The position numbers were made by a program, and so were the translations under genes. Source: Rickettsiales bacterium (GTDB taxonomy: Bacteria; Pseudomonadota; Alphaproteobacteria; Rickettsiales; UBA1997). Taken from it: DNA of 59,567 nucleotides. The DNA is taken from contig CANDYP010000001.1 of NCBI GenBank assembly GCA_947425005.1, positions 1 to 59,567 on the forward strand, written 5' to 3'. This document shows positions 50,170-59,487 of the stretch, in pieces (the stretch's first letter is position 1; each line of letters begins with the position of its first letter). The notes below the pieces were generated by a model. That model worked only from the letters and a program-made list of their open reading frames with translations, did no database searches and was not told the DNA's origin.

Positions 50170-51243
50170 ATGAGTCTTTACCAAATTTTTCGTCCGCTGA
50201 TTTTTAAATTTGATGCCGAAGTGGCGCATCACAGCGCAATTAATTTTTTAAAATTCTGTCCCAAAACCGCGACACTTCTCTGCTTAAATCGCGATTACAA
50301 AAATTTACACACTAAGCTGTGGAACATTGATTTTACTAATCCTGTCGGCATGGCGGCAGGTTTTGATAAAAATGCTGAGGTGGCTTTAACTTTGGAAAAG
50401 TTTGGCTTTGGATTTGTTGAATGTGGCACGGTGACGCCGCTAGCGCAGGTCGGCAATGAGCGCCCAAGAATTTTTCGCCTCACGCCAGATCAGGCAATCA
50501 TCAATCGCTTGGGATTTAATAATTTTGGTGCCGAAGTTTTTGCTAAAAATATTGAAGCGATTCTGCCGAAGATTTCCGTGCCTTTGGCGATTAATATCGG
50601 CAAGAACAAAGACACTGAAGACGCGCTTTCCGACTATCTTCCTCTGCTAGAAAAATTTTACGAAAAAGCCACTTACATCACGGTAAATATTTCTTCTCCC
50701 AACACCAAAAATTTGCGTGATCTGCAAAATGAAAATCAGCTCGATTTATTTTTAAGCGAGATCGCAAAAAAGAAAAATGAACTCAAAAATCTGCACAAAA
50801 AAAATACGCCAATATTGTTAAAAGTGGCGCCAGATCTGAGTTTGGGCGAGCAAGAAAAAATTGCCGAGATCGTAATTAAAAACCAAATTGATGGCATGAT
50901 CATTAGCAACACCACGATTGATCGCGATCTCAAATTGCGAAGTCAACACGCCTCGCAAAGCGGCGGATTAAGCGGCGCACCACTCTTTCAAAAATCCAAC
51001 GAAGTCCTAAAAAATTTCTACAAATTCACCGGCGGCAAAATTCCTCTAATAGGGGTGGGGGGTATATCTTCCGCTGAGGACGCTTACGAAAAAATCAAGT
51101 GCGGCGCCTCCCTCATCCAAATCTATTCCGCCTTTATTTATCAGGGCTTCGGACTAGTCGAAAAAATCAAAAAAGACCTAAGCAAAAAACTCATTCAAGA
51201 CGGTTTTAAAAATATTTCGGAAGTGGTGGGAACTCAAAACTAA
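50170..51243 (+). CDS. pyrD: quinone-dependent dihydroorotate dehydrogenase (class 2)
   Basis: GFDKNAE, GFNNxG, NISSPNT and IGVGGI motifs. 357 aa. Confidence 0.93.
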   Translation: MSLYQIFRPLIFKFDAEVAHHSAINFLKFCPKTATLLCLNRDYKNLHTKLWNIDFTNPVGMAAGFDKNAEVALTLEKFGFGFVECGTVTPLAQVGNERPRIFRLTPDQAIINRLGFNNFGAEVFAKNIEAILPKISVPLAINIGKNKDTEDALSDYLPLLEKFYEKATYITVNISSPNTKNLRDLQNENQLDLFLSEIAKKKNELKNLHKKNTPILLKVAPDLSLGEQEKIAEIVIKNQIDGMIISNTTIDRDLKLRSQHASQSGGLSGAPLFQKSNEVLKNFYKFTGGKIPLIGVGGISSAEDAYEKIKCGASLIQIYSAFIYQGFGLVEKIKKDLSKKLIQDGFKNISEVVGTQN

Positions 51244-51323
51244 TCGCAATTGACAGGAAAATTTTAGAAAATAATTTTTGGCCAAACCTTTTGCGCCCAA
51301 ACAACAATTCACCACATTACTTT

Positions 51324-52112
51324 ATGACGCAGCACCCAACTCCCGCCAATCCCCTAAATTTTGAAAGCAAAACCATTCGCCGCATTCTTCATCAAAATGA
51401 ATGGTGGTTCTCAGTAATTGATATCGTTGGAGCTTTGACTGAAAGCTCGATTCCAAAAAGATATTGGGCGGATTTGAAGGGCAATTTGCTGGAAAAGGAG
51501 GGGTTTGAACCGTACGCAAAAATCGTACAGTTCAAAATGTTAGCAGAAGATGGTAAGATGAGAGAGACCGATTGCGCCAATACAGAAACCATGCTGCGCA
51601 TCATTCAATCAATTCCTTCTCCGAAAGCTGAGCCATTCAAAATGTGGCTGTCCAAAGTCGGCTACGAAAGAATTCAGGAAATTGAAAATCCCGAACTTGC
51701 CCAAAAACGCACTCGAGAAATATACAAAGCTAAAGGTTATCCCGATTCTTGGATTGAAAAAAGAATGCGCGGAATCCAGGTGCGGGAAGAGCTGACTGAC
51801 GAATGGAAAAGACGTGGCGTCAAAGAGTCGCAAGAATTTTCAATACTTACTGCTGAAATTTCTAAAGCAGCTTTTGGCCTGACGCCAAGTCAGCACAAAG
51901 ATTTTAAAGGCTTGAAGAAGGAAAATCTGCGCGACCACATGAATGATTTAGAATTAATTTTCTCAATGTTGGGTGAGGCTGCAACCACCGAAATCGCTCG
52001 CAATACTGATGCTCAAGGATTTAACAAAATAAAATCTCTGCCAAAAAAGGCGGCAAAATTGCCGGCAATGCCAGAAAAAATTTGGAAAAACAAACCGGAA
52101 AAAAAGTTGTGA
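51324..52112 (+). CDS. BRO-N domain / DNA-damage-inducible protein D (DinD)-like, probably frameshifted near 52020
   Basis: The BRO-N region is FESKTIRRILHQNEWWFSVIDIVGALT. The ORF track starts at TTG 51291; ATG 51324 is preferred. The expected conserved C-terminal peptide continues in another frame to 52147. Confidence 0.7.
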   Translation: MTQHPTPANPLNFESKTIRRILHQNEWWFSVIDIVGALTESSIPKRYWADLKGNLLEKEGFEPYAKIVQFKMLAEDGKMRETDCANTETMLRIIQSIPSPKAEPFKMWLSKVGYERIQEIENPELAQKRTREIYKAKGYPDSWIEKRMRGIQVREELTDEWKRRGVKESQEFSILTAEISKAAFGLTPSQHKDFKGLKKENLRDHMNDLELIFSMLGEAATTEIARNTDAQGFNKIKSLPKKAAKLPAMPEKIWKNKPEKKL

Positions 52113-52163
52113 CGCAGGAAAATTTTGTGGGTTTGATTAAAAATTAAAAACAGGTGGAGAGTC

Positions 52164-52712
52164 TTGCAAATTGTGGATCGGATCGAAACTGAAAGATTAA
52201 TTTTGCGTCAGTGGCAAGAGGGTGACGCCGAAGTTTTTGCGGCGATCAACCAAGATCTGAAGGTGATCGAATTCTTGCTTGGACCCATGAGTCTCAAAGA
52301 TTCGCAGGATTTTATTGCTAAGGCGAATAATCATTTTCGTGAATTTGGTTTTGGTTTGTGGGCGACGACGATTAAGGCGACAGGCGAGCTGATTGGCTTC
52401 GTGGGTTTAAATGTTCCTGATTTCGAAAGTCATTTTACGCCTTGTGTGGAAATTGGTTGGCGACTTGTATCACAACATTGGGGCAAGGGATATGCTACGG
52501 AAGCAGCACGCGCCGTGCTCCGAATCGGTTTTGAAAATTTTGGTCTGAAAGAAATTGTCTCGTTCACCACCTTACAAAATTTACGCTCCGAAGCTGTGAT
52601 GAAAAAAATCGGCATGCAGCGCGACCTCAAAGATAACTTTTTTCATCCAAAATTATCGCTCGACCATCCGTTGTCCAAACACATGCTTTACAGAATTTCT
52701 GCCAAACAATAG
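52164..52712 (+). CDS. GNAT family N-acetyltransferase (RimJ/RimL-like)
   Basis: ETERLILRQW start pattern, a GLWA segment and the acetyl-CoA site WGKGYATEAARA. The start codon is TTG per the ORF track. Confidence 0.85.
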   Translation: MQIVDRIETERLILRQWQEGDAEVFAAINQDLKVIEFLLGPMSLKDSQDFIAKANNHFREFGFGLWATTIKATGELIGFVGLNVPDFESHFTPCVEIGWRLVSQHWGKGYATEAARAVLRIGFENFGLKEIVSFTTLQNLRSEAVMKKIGMQRDLKDNFFHPKLSLDHPLSKHMLYRISAKQ

Positions 52713-52798
52713 AAATTTGACATTGAAAAGAACATGCCTACGATGCCCACAAATCCTGCCTTCCGCAGCATTTTACCCCCCAATCTAAAACAAAAAAC

Positions 52799-54469
52799 AT
52801 GACAACTCTTACGAAATTCAGAGACCTTGGTCTTTCTGAAGCGATGATTAATTGCTTGCACAAAAAAGGCTTCGAAGAGCCTACTCCGATCCAAGCTAAA
52901 ACCATTCCCTTCCTTCTCGAAAATAAAAAAGATTTAATCGGTAAAGCTCAGACCGGAACCGGTAAAACCGCGGCTTTCGGCATTCCGATCATCGAAAATA
53001 TCGTTCCAGATTCTAAAAAAATTCAAGCAATCATCTTGGCGCCAACTCGCGAATTAGCGATTCAGGTTGCGGAAGAATTGAGCTCGCTTGCTGAAGAGCA
53101 TAAAACCCGCATTCTCGCAGTTTACGGCGGTCAGCCCATCGAGCGTCAAATTGAGCGTTTGAAACGCGGCGTTGATATTGTGGTTGGAACCCCGGGCCGC
53201 ATTCTTGATCACTTAGATCGCAAAACTTTAGACATCTCAAAAGTCTCTTACATCGTTTTGGATGAAGCTGACGAAATGTTGAATATGGGCTTCATCGAAG
53301 ACATCGAATCAATTTTGAAGGCCGCTCCAAAGAGCCGCCGCACCGTGCTTTTCTCTGCGACAATGCCCGGTCACATCGAGCGTTTGGCCAAGCAATACAT
53401 GAACGATTACGAAGTGATTGCAGCGGCGACTGACCAAATCACTCGTGACAACATTCAGCAAATTTATTTCGAAGTGGCGCAATCCGATAAATTCGAAGCG
53501 CTTTTCAGAATCATTGACGTTGAAGAAAGTTTTTACGGCATGGTTTTCACCCGCACCAAAGTTGACGCTGATGAAATTTCTCACAAATTATTAAACCGCG
53601 GCTGCAGAGCAGAAGCGATTCACGGTGATCTTTCCCAAGGTCAGCGCGAGAAAGTTTTGCAAAAATTCCGCGGCAAAAAAATTACTGTGCTAGTGGCGAC
53701 AGACGTCGCAGCGCGTGGGATTGACGTCGACAATCTTACTCACGTAATCAACTATTCTTTGCCGCAAGATCCGGAAAGTTACGTACACAGAATTGGCCGT
53801 ACAGGCAGAGCGGGCAAGAGCGGCATTGCCGTCACTCTAATCACCCCGTCAGAATATCGTAAGTTGGTGGCGATCCAAAGAGTTGCCAACGCCACAATCA
53901 CTAAGCAAAAAGTTCCAAACGTTGCCGACGTAATCGACAGCAAAAAACAACGCATCAAAACCTCTCTTGCCGCCATCATTGCTGCGGGAAAATTTTCTGA
54001 TTTGGAAGTAATCGCCGAAGATATTCTGCGAGAAAGTGCCGATCCTAAAGTTGCCATTGCTGCCTTGTTGAAATTGGCCTTCAAAGACGAATTGAACGAG
54101 AAAAATTACAGCGAAATCAACGACATCGGTGCTTACAAAAAGAACAAAGACTTTCACTACGATGATCGCGGCATGAGCGGCTACAAGCCAATTGGCAACC
54201 AAGACAAAAGAAGCTACGTTGACCGCAAAGGCACAGCGCGCCTCTTCATCGCCAAGGGTCGTAACGACCATATGGATCCAAGAAAGCTGGTTGATTTCAT
54301 CCAGCGCGAAACTGGCGTTGATCAGCGCCACATCGATGATGTAAAAATTTTCGAAGGCTTTTCTTTCTTCGCCGTTCCCTTCGAAGATGCTGAAAAAGTT
54401 CTACATGTTTTTCAAAAACAATCCGGCGGCAAAAGATCTTTGGTCAGCAGGGCGAAAGATAAGCAATAG
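52799..54469 (+). CDS. DEAD-box ATP-dependent RNA helicase with a DbpA/DeaD-type C-terminal RNA-binding domain
   Basis: Q motif (F..LGL...PTPIQ), AQTGTGKT, DEAD, SAT and HRIGRTGRAG motifs. 556 aa. Confidence 0.92.
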   Translation: MTTLTKFRDLGLSEAMINCLHKKGFEEPTPIQAKTIPFLLENKKDLIGKAQTGTGKTAAFGIPIIENIVPDSKKIQAIILAPTRELAIQVAEELSSLAEEHKTRILAVYGGQPIERQIERLKRGVDIVVGTPGRILDHLDRKTLDISKVSYIVLDEADEMLNMGFIEDIESILKAAPKSRRTVLFSATMPGHIERLAKQYMNDYEVIAAATDQITRDNIQQIYFEVAQSDKFEALFRIIDVEESFYGMVFTRTKVDADEISHKLLNRGCRAEAIHGDLSQGQREKVLQKFRGKKITVLVATDVAARGIDVDNLTHVINYSLPQDPESYVHRIGRTGRAGKSGIAVTLITPSEYRKLVAIQRVANATITKQKVPNVADVIDSKKQRIKTSLAAIIAAGKFSDLEVIAEDILRESADPKVAIAALLKLAFKDELNEKNYSEINDIGAYKKNKDFHYDDRGMSGYKPIGNQDKRSYVDRKGTARLFIAKGRNDHMDPRKLVDFIQRETGVDQRHIDDVKIFEGFSFFAVPFEDAEKVLHVFQKQSGGKRSLVSRAKDKQ

Positions 54470-54493
54470 GTTTGAAGCCAAAAGCGAGGCAAT

Positions 54494-54532
54494 AAAAAAG
54501 CCGATCTCTTTTACCGAGATCGGCTTTTTTTA
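54494..54532. terminator. rho-independent (bidirectional) terminator after the helicase gene
   Basis: AAAAAAGCCGATCTC-TTTTACC-GAGATCGGCTTTTTTTAT. A 9-bp stem is flanked by an A-run and a T-run. Confidence 0.85.
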
Positions 54533-54573
54533 TTTGGGAATTTTTTTTGACTAACCCTCCTACGCTCTAAGAG

Positions 54574-54654
54574 CAGCCTTCGCTCTAACGACCTCCGCCT
54601 GACATTCCAGCTAGGAGCTGGCTTGCCAGGCGAAGCTCATAAGAGCGAAGGCTG
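54574..54654 (-). other. long three-tier hairpin forming the 3' trailer of tRNA-Lys
   Basis: The 13-bp outer stem CAGCCTTCGCTCT / AGAGCGAAGGCTG includes two nt of the CCA end. Inner stems are CGCCTG/CAGGCG and CCAGCT/AGCTGG. Confidence 0.6.
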
Positions 54655-54728
54655 GTGAGCACGGTTGGAATCGAACCAACGACCACCTAATTAAAAGTCA
54701 GGTGCTCTACCGACTGAGCTACGTGCTC
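54653..54728 (-). tRNA. tRNA-Lys (anticodon UUU)
   Basis: Manual cloverleaf: GAGCACG-TA-GCTC-AGTCGGTA-GAGC-A-CCTGA-CTTTTAA-TTAGG-TGGTC-GTTGG-TTCGATT-CCAAC-CGTGCTC-ACCA. Confidence 0.92.
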
Positions 54729-54923
54729 AAATAAAAACTTATTTGATTTGGGTTTGAAGAAGTGTGGTGAAGACCCTTTGGACAAAGGAGCGGCGCATTA
54801 AAAGCAGGAATCTTAAAAAAGCAACAAATTTGTAGAAATCTTCAAAAGCGCGATTTATCTAGGGTTGCGAAGGGATGAACCCTGTACATGTAGCTGCGCT
54901 TACTCTCCAAAATCACTCACAAA

Positions 54924-55670
54924 ATGAAAAATAAAGTCCTAACAATAATCCCGGTGCGCCTTGCCTCAACTCGTTTGCCCAATAAACCTTTGGCGGATAT
55001 TTGTGGCAAAAGTATGATTCAAAGAGTGTACGAACAGGCACTAAAAGCGGATCTGGGCGAAGTTGTAATCGCTTGCGACGGTGAAGAAATCGCTGCGGAA
55101 GTAAAAAAATTCGGCGGAAAATTTGTCCTTACCGACCCTAATTTGCCTTCAGGAACTGACCGCATTTACGCCGCTTACCAAAGCTTCGCGCAAGATTTTG
55201 AAATCATTTTAAACCTGCAAGGTGACTTGCCCAACATTGATCCACAAGTAATTCGTGCCGCTGCTGACGCGGCTTTGCAGCATGATTGCGACATTGCGAC
55301 TGTGGCTTCCAAAATCAAAAATGAGTCAGAAATTTCCAATCCCAATGTCGTAAAAATCGCCATTGCTTTTAAAGAAAAAAATCTTGGAAAGGCGCTCTAT
55401 TTCTCGCGTTGTCCCATTCCATTTTCCAAAACCACCGACGCAGATTTTTACCATCACATCGGAATTTACGCTTACAAAAAATCCGCTTTAGAAAAATTTG
55501 TAAATCTTGCGCCGTCAACTCTGGAGCTGCGTGAAAGCCTCGAGCAACTTCGCGCCTTAGAAAATGACATGAAAATTTTTGTCAAAATTGTTGAGGCGCA
55601 TCCGCTTTCGGTCGACACCAAAGAAGATCTAGAAGTTGTGAAAAAATTGATTGAGCAACAAGCCAAATGA
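54924..55670 (+). CDS. kdsB: 3-deoxy-manno-octulosonate cytidylyltransferase
   Basis: IIPVRLASTRLPNKPL, NLQGDLP and HIGIYAY motifs. 248 aa. Confidence 0.92.
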   Translation: MKNKVLTIIPVRLASTRLPNKPLADICGKSMIQRVYEQALKADLGEVVIACDGEEIAAEVKKFGGKFVLTDPNLPSGTDRIYAAYQSFAQDFEIILNLQGDLPNIDPQVIRAAADAALQHDCDIATVASKIKNESEISNPNVVKIAIAFKEKNLGKALYFSRCPIPFSKTTDADFYHHIGIYAYKKSALEKFVNLAPSTLELRESLEQLRALENDMKIFVKIVEAHPLSVDTKEDLEVVKKLIEQQAK

Positions 55671-56173
55671 AGAAAAAAATTCTCCAAAAAACCATTGGCT
55701 GGAAAGAGTGGTTTGGCCTTGACTGCCTAAGCTTGCCCGCGATTAAGGGCAAGATAGATACCGGCGCTAAAACCTCGTCGTTGCACGCTTTCAACATCGA
55801 AAGTTTTTACATTGAAGATGTAGAATATGTGAAGTTTGACATTCATCCTTTGCAGAAAAACAAACAGTTGGCGCGCACTTGTGTAGCGCGGGTAATCGAC
55901 CAAAGAATGGTTTCGGATTCGGGCGGCAAAAAAGAAAAAAGATTTGTAATTAAATCGGATTTACGCATCGGAGATGCTAAAATCAGAATCGATCTAACCC
56001 TTGCCAATCGTGACACGATGGCCTTTCGCATGCTGCTTGGACGTGAAGCGATCAAGCAGGCAAAAATGCTGGTGGATCCGTCAAAATCGTTTCTGCAAGG
56101 TAAGTTAAAAAGAGCAGAAATTTTAAAACTTTATCGCATTACCAAACCCTGTACCGACCCAAGAAAATTATGA
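55667..56173 (+). CDS. RimK-associated ATP-dependent zinc protease / retropepsin-like family protein (DUF785)
   Basis: GWKEWFGL...AIKGKIDTGAKTSSLHA motif typical of the family. 4-nt overlaps with kdsB and rimK. Confidence 0.75.
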   Translation: MKKKILQKTIGWKEWFGLDCLSLPAIKGKIDTGAKTSSLHAFNIESFYIEDVEYVKFDIHPLQKNKQLARTCVARVIDQRMVSDSGGKKEKRFVIKSDLRIGDAKIRIDLTLANRDTMAFRMLLGREAIKQAKMLVDPSKSFLQGKLKRAEILKLYRITKPCTDPRKL

Positions 56174-57042
56174 AAATCATCCTTTTAGCCTCGAATCCCA
56201 ATCTCTATTCTAACCAACGCCTGCTTGAGGCGGCGCGAAGTCGTGGTCATGAAGTTGAATTTGTTAATGTCGGCGGATGCTACATTAAAGTGGCGTCAAA
56301 TGCCTGCGAAATGTTTTTCGACAGCGGCAAAAAAATGGAAAATATTGATTACGTAATTCCGCGCATCAAGCCGGCGATGACCTTCTACGGCACCTCAATC
56401 ATCCGTCAGTTTGAAGTGATGGGCGTCAATTGTTTGAACGGTTCAGAGGCAATCACCAAATCGCGCGACAAATTAAACACGTTGCAAATCGCCGCGCAGC
56501 ATGGCCTAAACGTGCCAATTACCAGCTTCGCCAACTCATCTTACGAAACCAAAGATCTGATTAAAATAGTCGGCAGTGCGCCGCTGGTAGTGAAATTATT
56601 GGAAGGAACCAAGGGTGTTGGAGTAGTTCTGGCCGAAACCAACAAAGCCGCCGAAAGCGTGATTAACGCCTTTCGTAGCTTGAAAGCAGATATTTTAGTG
56701 CAGCATTACATCAAAGAATCGAAGGGTCAGGACATCAGATGTTTTGTGGTCGGCGGGCAGGTGGTGGCTTCAATGGAACGCATCGCCCAAGAAGGAGAAT
56801 TCCGCGCCAATATTCATTTAGGCGCTACAGCGCGAACAATTGAAGTCACCGATGAAGAGCGCGACTTGGCAATTAAATCTGCCAAAATTATCGGCTTGGA
56901 AGTTGCTGGTGTCGACATGGTGCGTTCCAATTCCGGCCCTAAACTTCTGGAAGTAAATTCCTCTCCCGGCCTTGAAGGCATTGAAGCTGCAACCGGCATC
57001 GACATTGCCGCAAAGATGATTAAGTTTTTGGAAAAGAAATAA
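56170..57042 (+). CDS. rimK: ribosomal protein S6--L-glutamate ligase (ATP-grasp)
   Basis: RLLEAARSRGHEV, PLVVKLLEGTKGVGVVL, NIHLGA and LEVNSSPGLEGIE motifs. Confidence 0.9.
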   Translation: MKIILLASNPNLYSNQRLLEAARSRGHEVEFVNVGGCYIKVASNACEMFFDSGKKMENIDYVIPRIKPAMTFYGTSIIRQFEVMGVNCLNGSEAITKSRDKLNTLQIAAQHGLNVPITSFANSSYETKDLIKIVGSAPLVVKLLEGTKGVGVVLAETNKAAESVINAFRSLKADILVQHYIKESKGQDIRCFVVGGQVVASMERIAQEGEFRANIHLGATARTIEVTDEERDLAIKSAKIIGLEVAGVDMVRSNSGPKLLEVNSSPGLEGIEAATGIDIAAKMIKFLEKK

Positions 57043-57061
57043 TTAGTACCCAAGCGCTACC

Positions 57062-57097
57062 CACCTCACATTCTCGCAAGAGGAGCGGAGGTGTTTT
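57062..57097 (+). terminator. putative terminator hairpin after rimK
   Basis: CACCTC...(inner stem TTCTC-GCAA-GAGGA)...GAGGTG followed by TTTTG. Confidence 0.45.
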
Positions 57098-57130
57098 GAT
57101 CCGCAATTAAACAACAACCAAACAAATCAA

Positions 57131-57364
57131 ATGCCTAAAAAGACAACTCACACCAGAATGGAAATTGATATTCCTACTCACAGACATCGCGCCATTGAAG
57201 AGCAGGCAACTCTACAGGGTATTAGCATTTCAGATTACGTTATCGGATGCATTCAAGAGGCGTTCGATAAATCGGGATTCAGTGCTGAAGAAATAGCTGC
57301 GGCTATGAAAGCAGAAGATGCTAAATCCAAAAAACTTGCAAAAACCTCCAAGAGAAAAAAATGA
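57131..57364 (+). CDS. ribbon-helix-helix (CopG/ParG-like) small protein, orphan antitoxin-like
   Basis: 77 aa. RMEIDIPTHRHRAIEEQATLQGISISDYV fits the beta-strand/helix/helix pattern of RHH proteins. It has a Lys-rich tail. I see no partner toxin; it overlaps the engB start by 4 nt. Confidence 0.4.
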   Translation: MPKKTTHTRMEIDIPTHRHRAIEEQATLQGISISDYVIGCIQEAFDKSGFSAEEIAAAMKAEDAKSKKLAKTSKRKK

Positions 57365-58002
57365 AAAAACTCGATCCGAAAAAAATTTTTAATGGCCAAT
57401 GCGAGTTTATTTTGGGTGCACACAAATATTCGCAATCTCCCGAACACTCTAAGCCGGAGATTGCTTTTATCGGCGCTTCCAATGTTGGGAAATCCAGCTT
57501 GATCAATGCTCTTGTCGGCAGAAAAGTTGCCATTGTTTCGACGACTCCGGGGCGCACGCGTCAACTCAATTTTTTCAAAATTGCTGACGGCTTCACCCAA
57601 GAATATTCCGAAGGTTTTGTGTTGGTTGACATGCCGGGCTACGGCTACGCCAAAGCTCAAGGCAAAGACATCGAACATTGGCAAAAAACTGCTTTGGAAT
57701 ATTTGATGAAGCGCGCAAATCTGAAGCGTTTATTTTTGCTGATTGATCCGATCAAAGGCCTCAAAGCCTCCGATCTCGACATGATTAACATGCTCAATGC
57801 TGTGGCGGTTTCCTTCCAAGTTATTCTGACAAAAACTGACAAACTTAATCGCGAAGAATTGGCCAAGGCCCAAACAAAAATCGAAAAAGAAATTCTTAAC
57901 TGGCCGGCAGCACATCCGCAAATCCTTGCCACCAGCAGCTCTAAAGGATATGGCATTAAAGATATCCAGGATTCAATCGTAGAAGTTTTGCAACATTTAT
58001 GA
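57361..58002 (+). CDS. engB: ribosome biogenesis GTP-binding protein YihA/EngB
   Basis: GASNVGKSSLINAL (G1), DMPGYGYA (G3), LTKTDK (G4). Confidence 0.92.
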   Translation: MKKLDPKKIFNGQCEFILGAHKYSQSPEHSKPEIAFIGASNVGKSSLINALVGRKVAIVSTTPGRTRQLNFFKIADGFTQEYSEGFVLVDMPGYGYAKAQGKDIEHWQKTALEYLMKRANLKRLFLLIDPIKGLKASDLDMINMLNAVAVSFQVILTKTDKLNREELAKAQTKIEKEILNWPAAHPQILATSSSKGYGIKDIQDSIVEVLQHL

Positions 58003-58133
58003 AAATTTTACTGACGATTATCCTTACCAGCTTGGTGATTTTGCTGCTGGTATTTTTTCTCAACGCCGCTACATATAACGGCTCCAAAACCCCTTCCAAC
58101 AAACAGTTAGCCAATGAAAAAAAGTCCTAAAAA
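57999..58133 (+). CDS. small hypothetical membrane protein (44 aa)
   Basis: My own translation: [43 protein letters not shown]. The ATG overlaps the engB stop (ATGA). It has one TM helix and overlaps the hslU start by 20 nt. It is below the ORF-track size cutoff. Confidence 0.3.
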
Positions 58134-59484
58134 TTCTGCGAGTTCAGAAGCAAAAACTTTGTCCCAAAATCCCACCACAGGCCTGACGCCAAAGCAGATA
58201 GTTGAAGAATTAAACCGTTACATCGTTGGTCAAGTTGACGCCAAAAAAGCAATGGCAATCGCACTCCGCAACCGTTACCGCCGTAAGTTAGTCGAGAGCC
58301 CACTTCGTGAAGAAATCGTACCCAAAAATATTTTAATGGCCGGTCCAACTGGCGTCGGCAAAACTGAAATTGCGCGCCGCCTAGCCAAACTTGCCAACGC
58401 CCCTTTCATCAAAGTCGAGGCGACAAAATTTACTGAAGTTGGCTACGTGGGCCGTGACGTTGATTCAATCATTCGTGATCTTGTCGAAATGGCGCTCAAA
58501 ACCTTGAAAAACGAAATGAAAAAAGAAGTCCATTTGAAGGCCGAACAAAACGCCAAGAAAAAAGTTTTAAGAAGTTTAGTGGGCGAAACTGCCACGGAAG
58601 AGACTAAAGAAAAATTCTCCAAAATGCTTGATACTGGCGAGTTAAACGGGCGCGAGATTGACATCGAGCTTTCCGATTCCGGCAGCGCTTTTTCCAATAG
58701 TTTTGAAATTCCCGGCGGCCATGTCGGCATGATCAACATCAGCGAAATGTTGGGCAAAGCGATCGGCGGCGACAAAACTAAAAAGATGCACATGACTGTC
58801 GAAGATGCGCTGAAAGCCTTGATCGAAGAAGAGTCAGAAAAAATGATCGACGAAGAAAAAATCGTCAAAGCGGCGGTAAAATCCGTTGAAAATGACGGCA
58901 TCGTTTTCATCGACGAGATCGACAAAATTTGTGTGCGCAGCCAATCAAAAAGTGGTGACGTCAGTCGTGAAGGCGTGCAGCGTGACCTTTTGCCTTTGGT
59001 CGAAGGCACGACAGTCAGCACCAAATACGGCCTGATCAAAACTGACCACATTTTATTCGTGGCCTCCGGCGCCTTTCATTCCGTGAAGCCGTCCGATTTA
59101 TTGCCGGAATTGCAAGGTCGATTTCCGATCCGCGTGCAATTAAAACCGCTCACCGAAGAAGATTTGGTGCGCATTCTGCAAGAGCCGGAATCAAGCCTCA
59201 TCAAGCAATACATTGCCTTGCTGGCGGTTGAAAAAGTGAAGTTAAATTTTCCCGAAGAAGGCGTAAAGCAAATCGCTAAAATTGCTCACCGAGTAAACGC
59301 TGAAGTTGAAAATATCGGCGCTCGACGCTTGCACACCATGCTCGAAAAAATTCTGGAAGAGGTCAGTTTTGAAGCCAGCGAAATGAAAGACGGTAGCCTG
59401 ATCACGGTTAATCAGAAATATGTCGACGAGCATTTGGGTGATTTAATCTCCAGCAAGACCGATCTTTCTAAGTTTATTTTGTAA
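58114..59484 (+). CDS. hslU: ATP-dependent protease ATPase subunit HslU
   Basis: [40 protein letters not shown] and GRFPIRV motifs. It has a ~20-aa N-terminal extension. No hslV lies upstream in this window. Confidence 0.93.
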   Translation: MKKSPKNSASSEAKTLSQNPTTGLTPKQIVEELNRYIVGQVDAKKAMAIALRNRYRRKLVESPLREEIVPKNILMAGPTGVGKTEIARRLAKLANAPFIKVEATKFTEVGYVGRDVDSIIRDLVEMALKTLKNEMKKEVHLKAEQNAKKKVLRSLVGETATEETKEKFSKMLDTGELNGREIDIELSDSGSAFSNSFEIPGGHVGMINISEMLGKAIGGDKTKKMHMTVEDALKALIEEESEKMIDEEKIVKAAVKSVENDGIVFIDEIDKICVRSQSKSGDVSREGVQRDLLPLVEGTTVSTKYGLIKTDHILFVASGAFHSVKPSDLLPELQGRFPIRVQLKPLTEEDLVRILQEPESSLIKQYIALLAVEKVKLNFPEEGVKQIAKIAHRVNAEVENIGARRLHTMLEKILEEVSFEASEMKDGSLITVNQKYVDEHLGDLISSKTDLSKFIL

Positions 59485-59487
59485 CTC

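Noticed and set aside
51050-51066. ATAGGGGTGGGGGGTAT in pyrD, which resembles the G-tract arm of the palindromic element and encodes PLIGVGGI.
   Set aside because: It encodes the conserved PyrD IGVGGI motif. There is no partner arm or core, so it is a coincidental similarity and not an insertion.
58443-59051. 202-aa antisense ORF inside hslU. Similar long antisense ORFs occur at 53849-54331 in the helicase gene, 35661-36134 opposite the ileS fragment, 15922-16356, 31505-32029 and 57253-57684.
   Set aside because: Each lies fully within or opposite a CDS with strong, motif-supported homology. Their translations are low-complexity (Ser/Leu/Phe-rich) with no recognisable domains. They are typical shadow ORFs.
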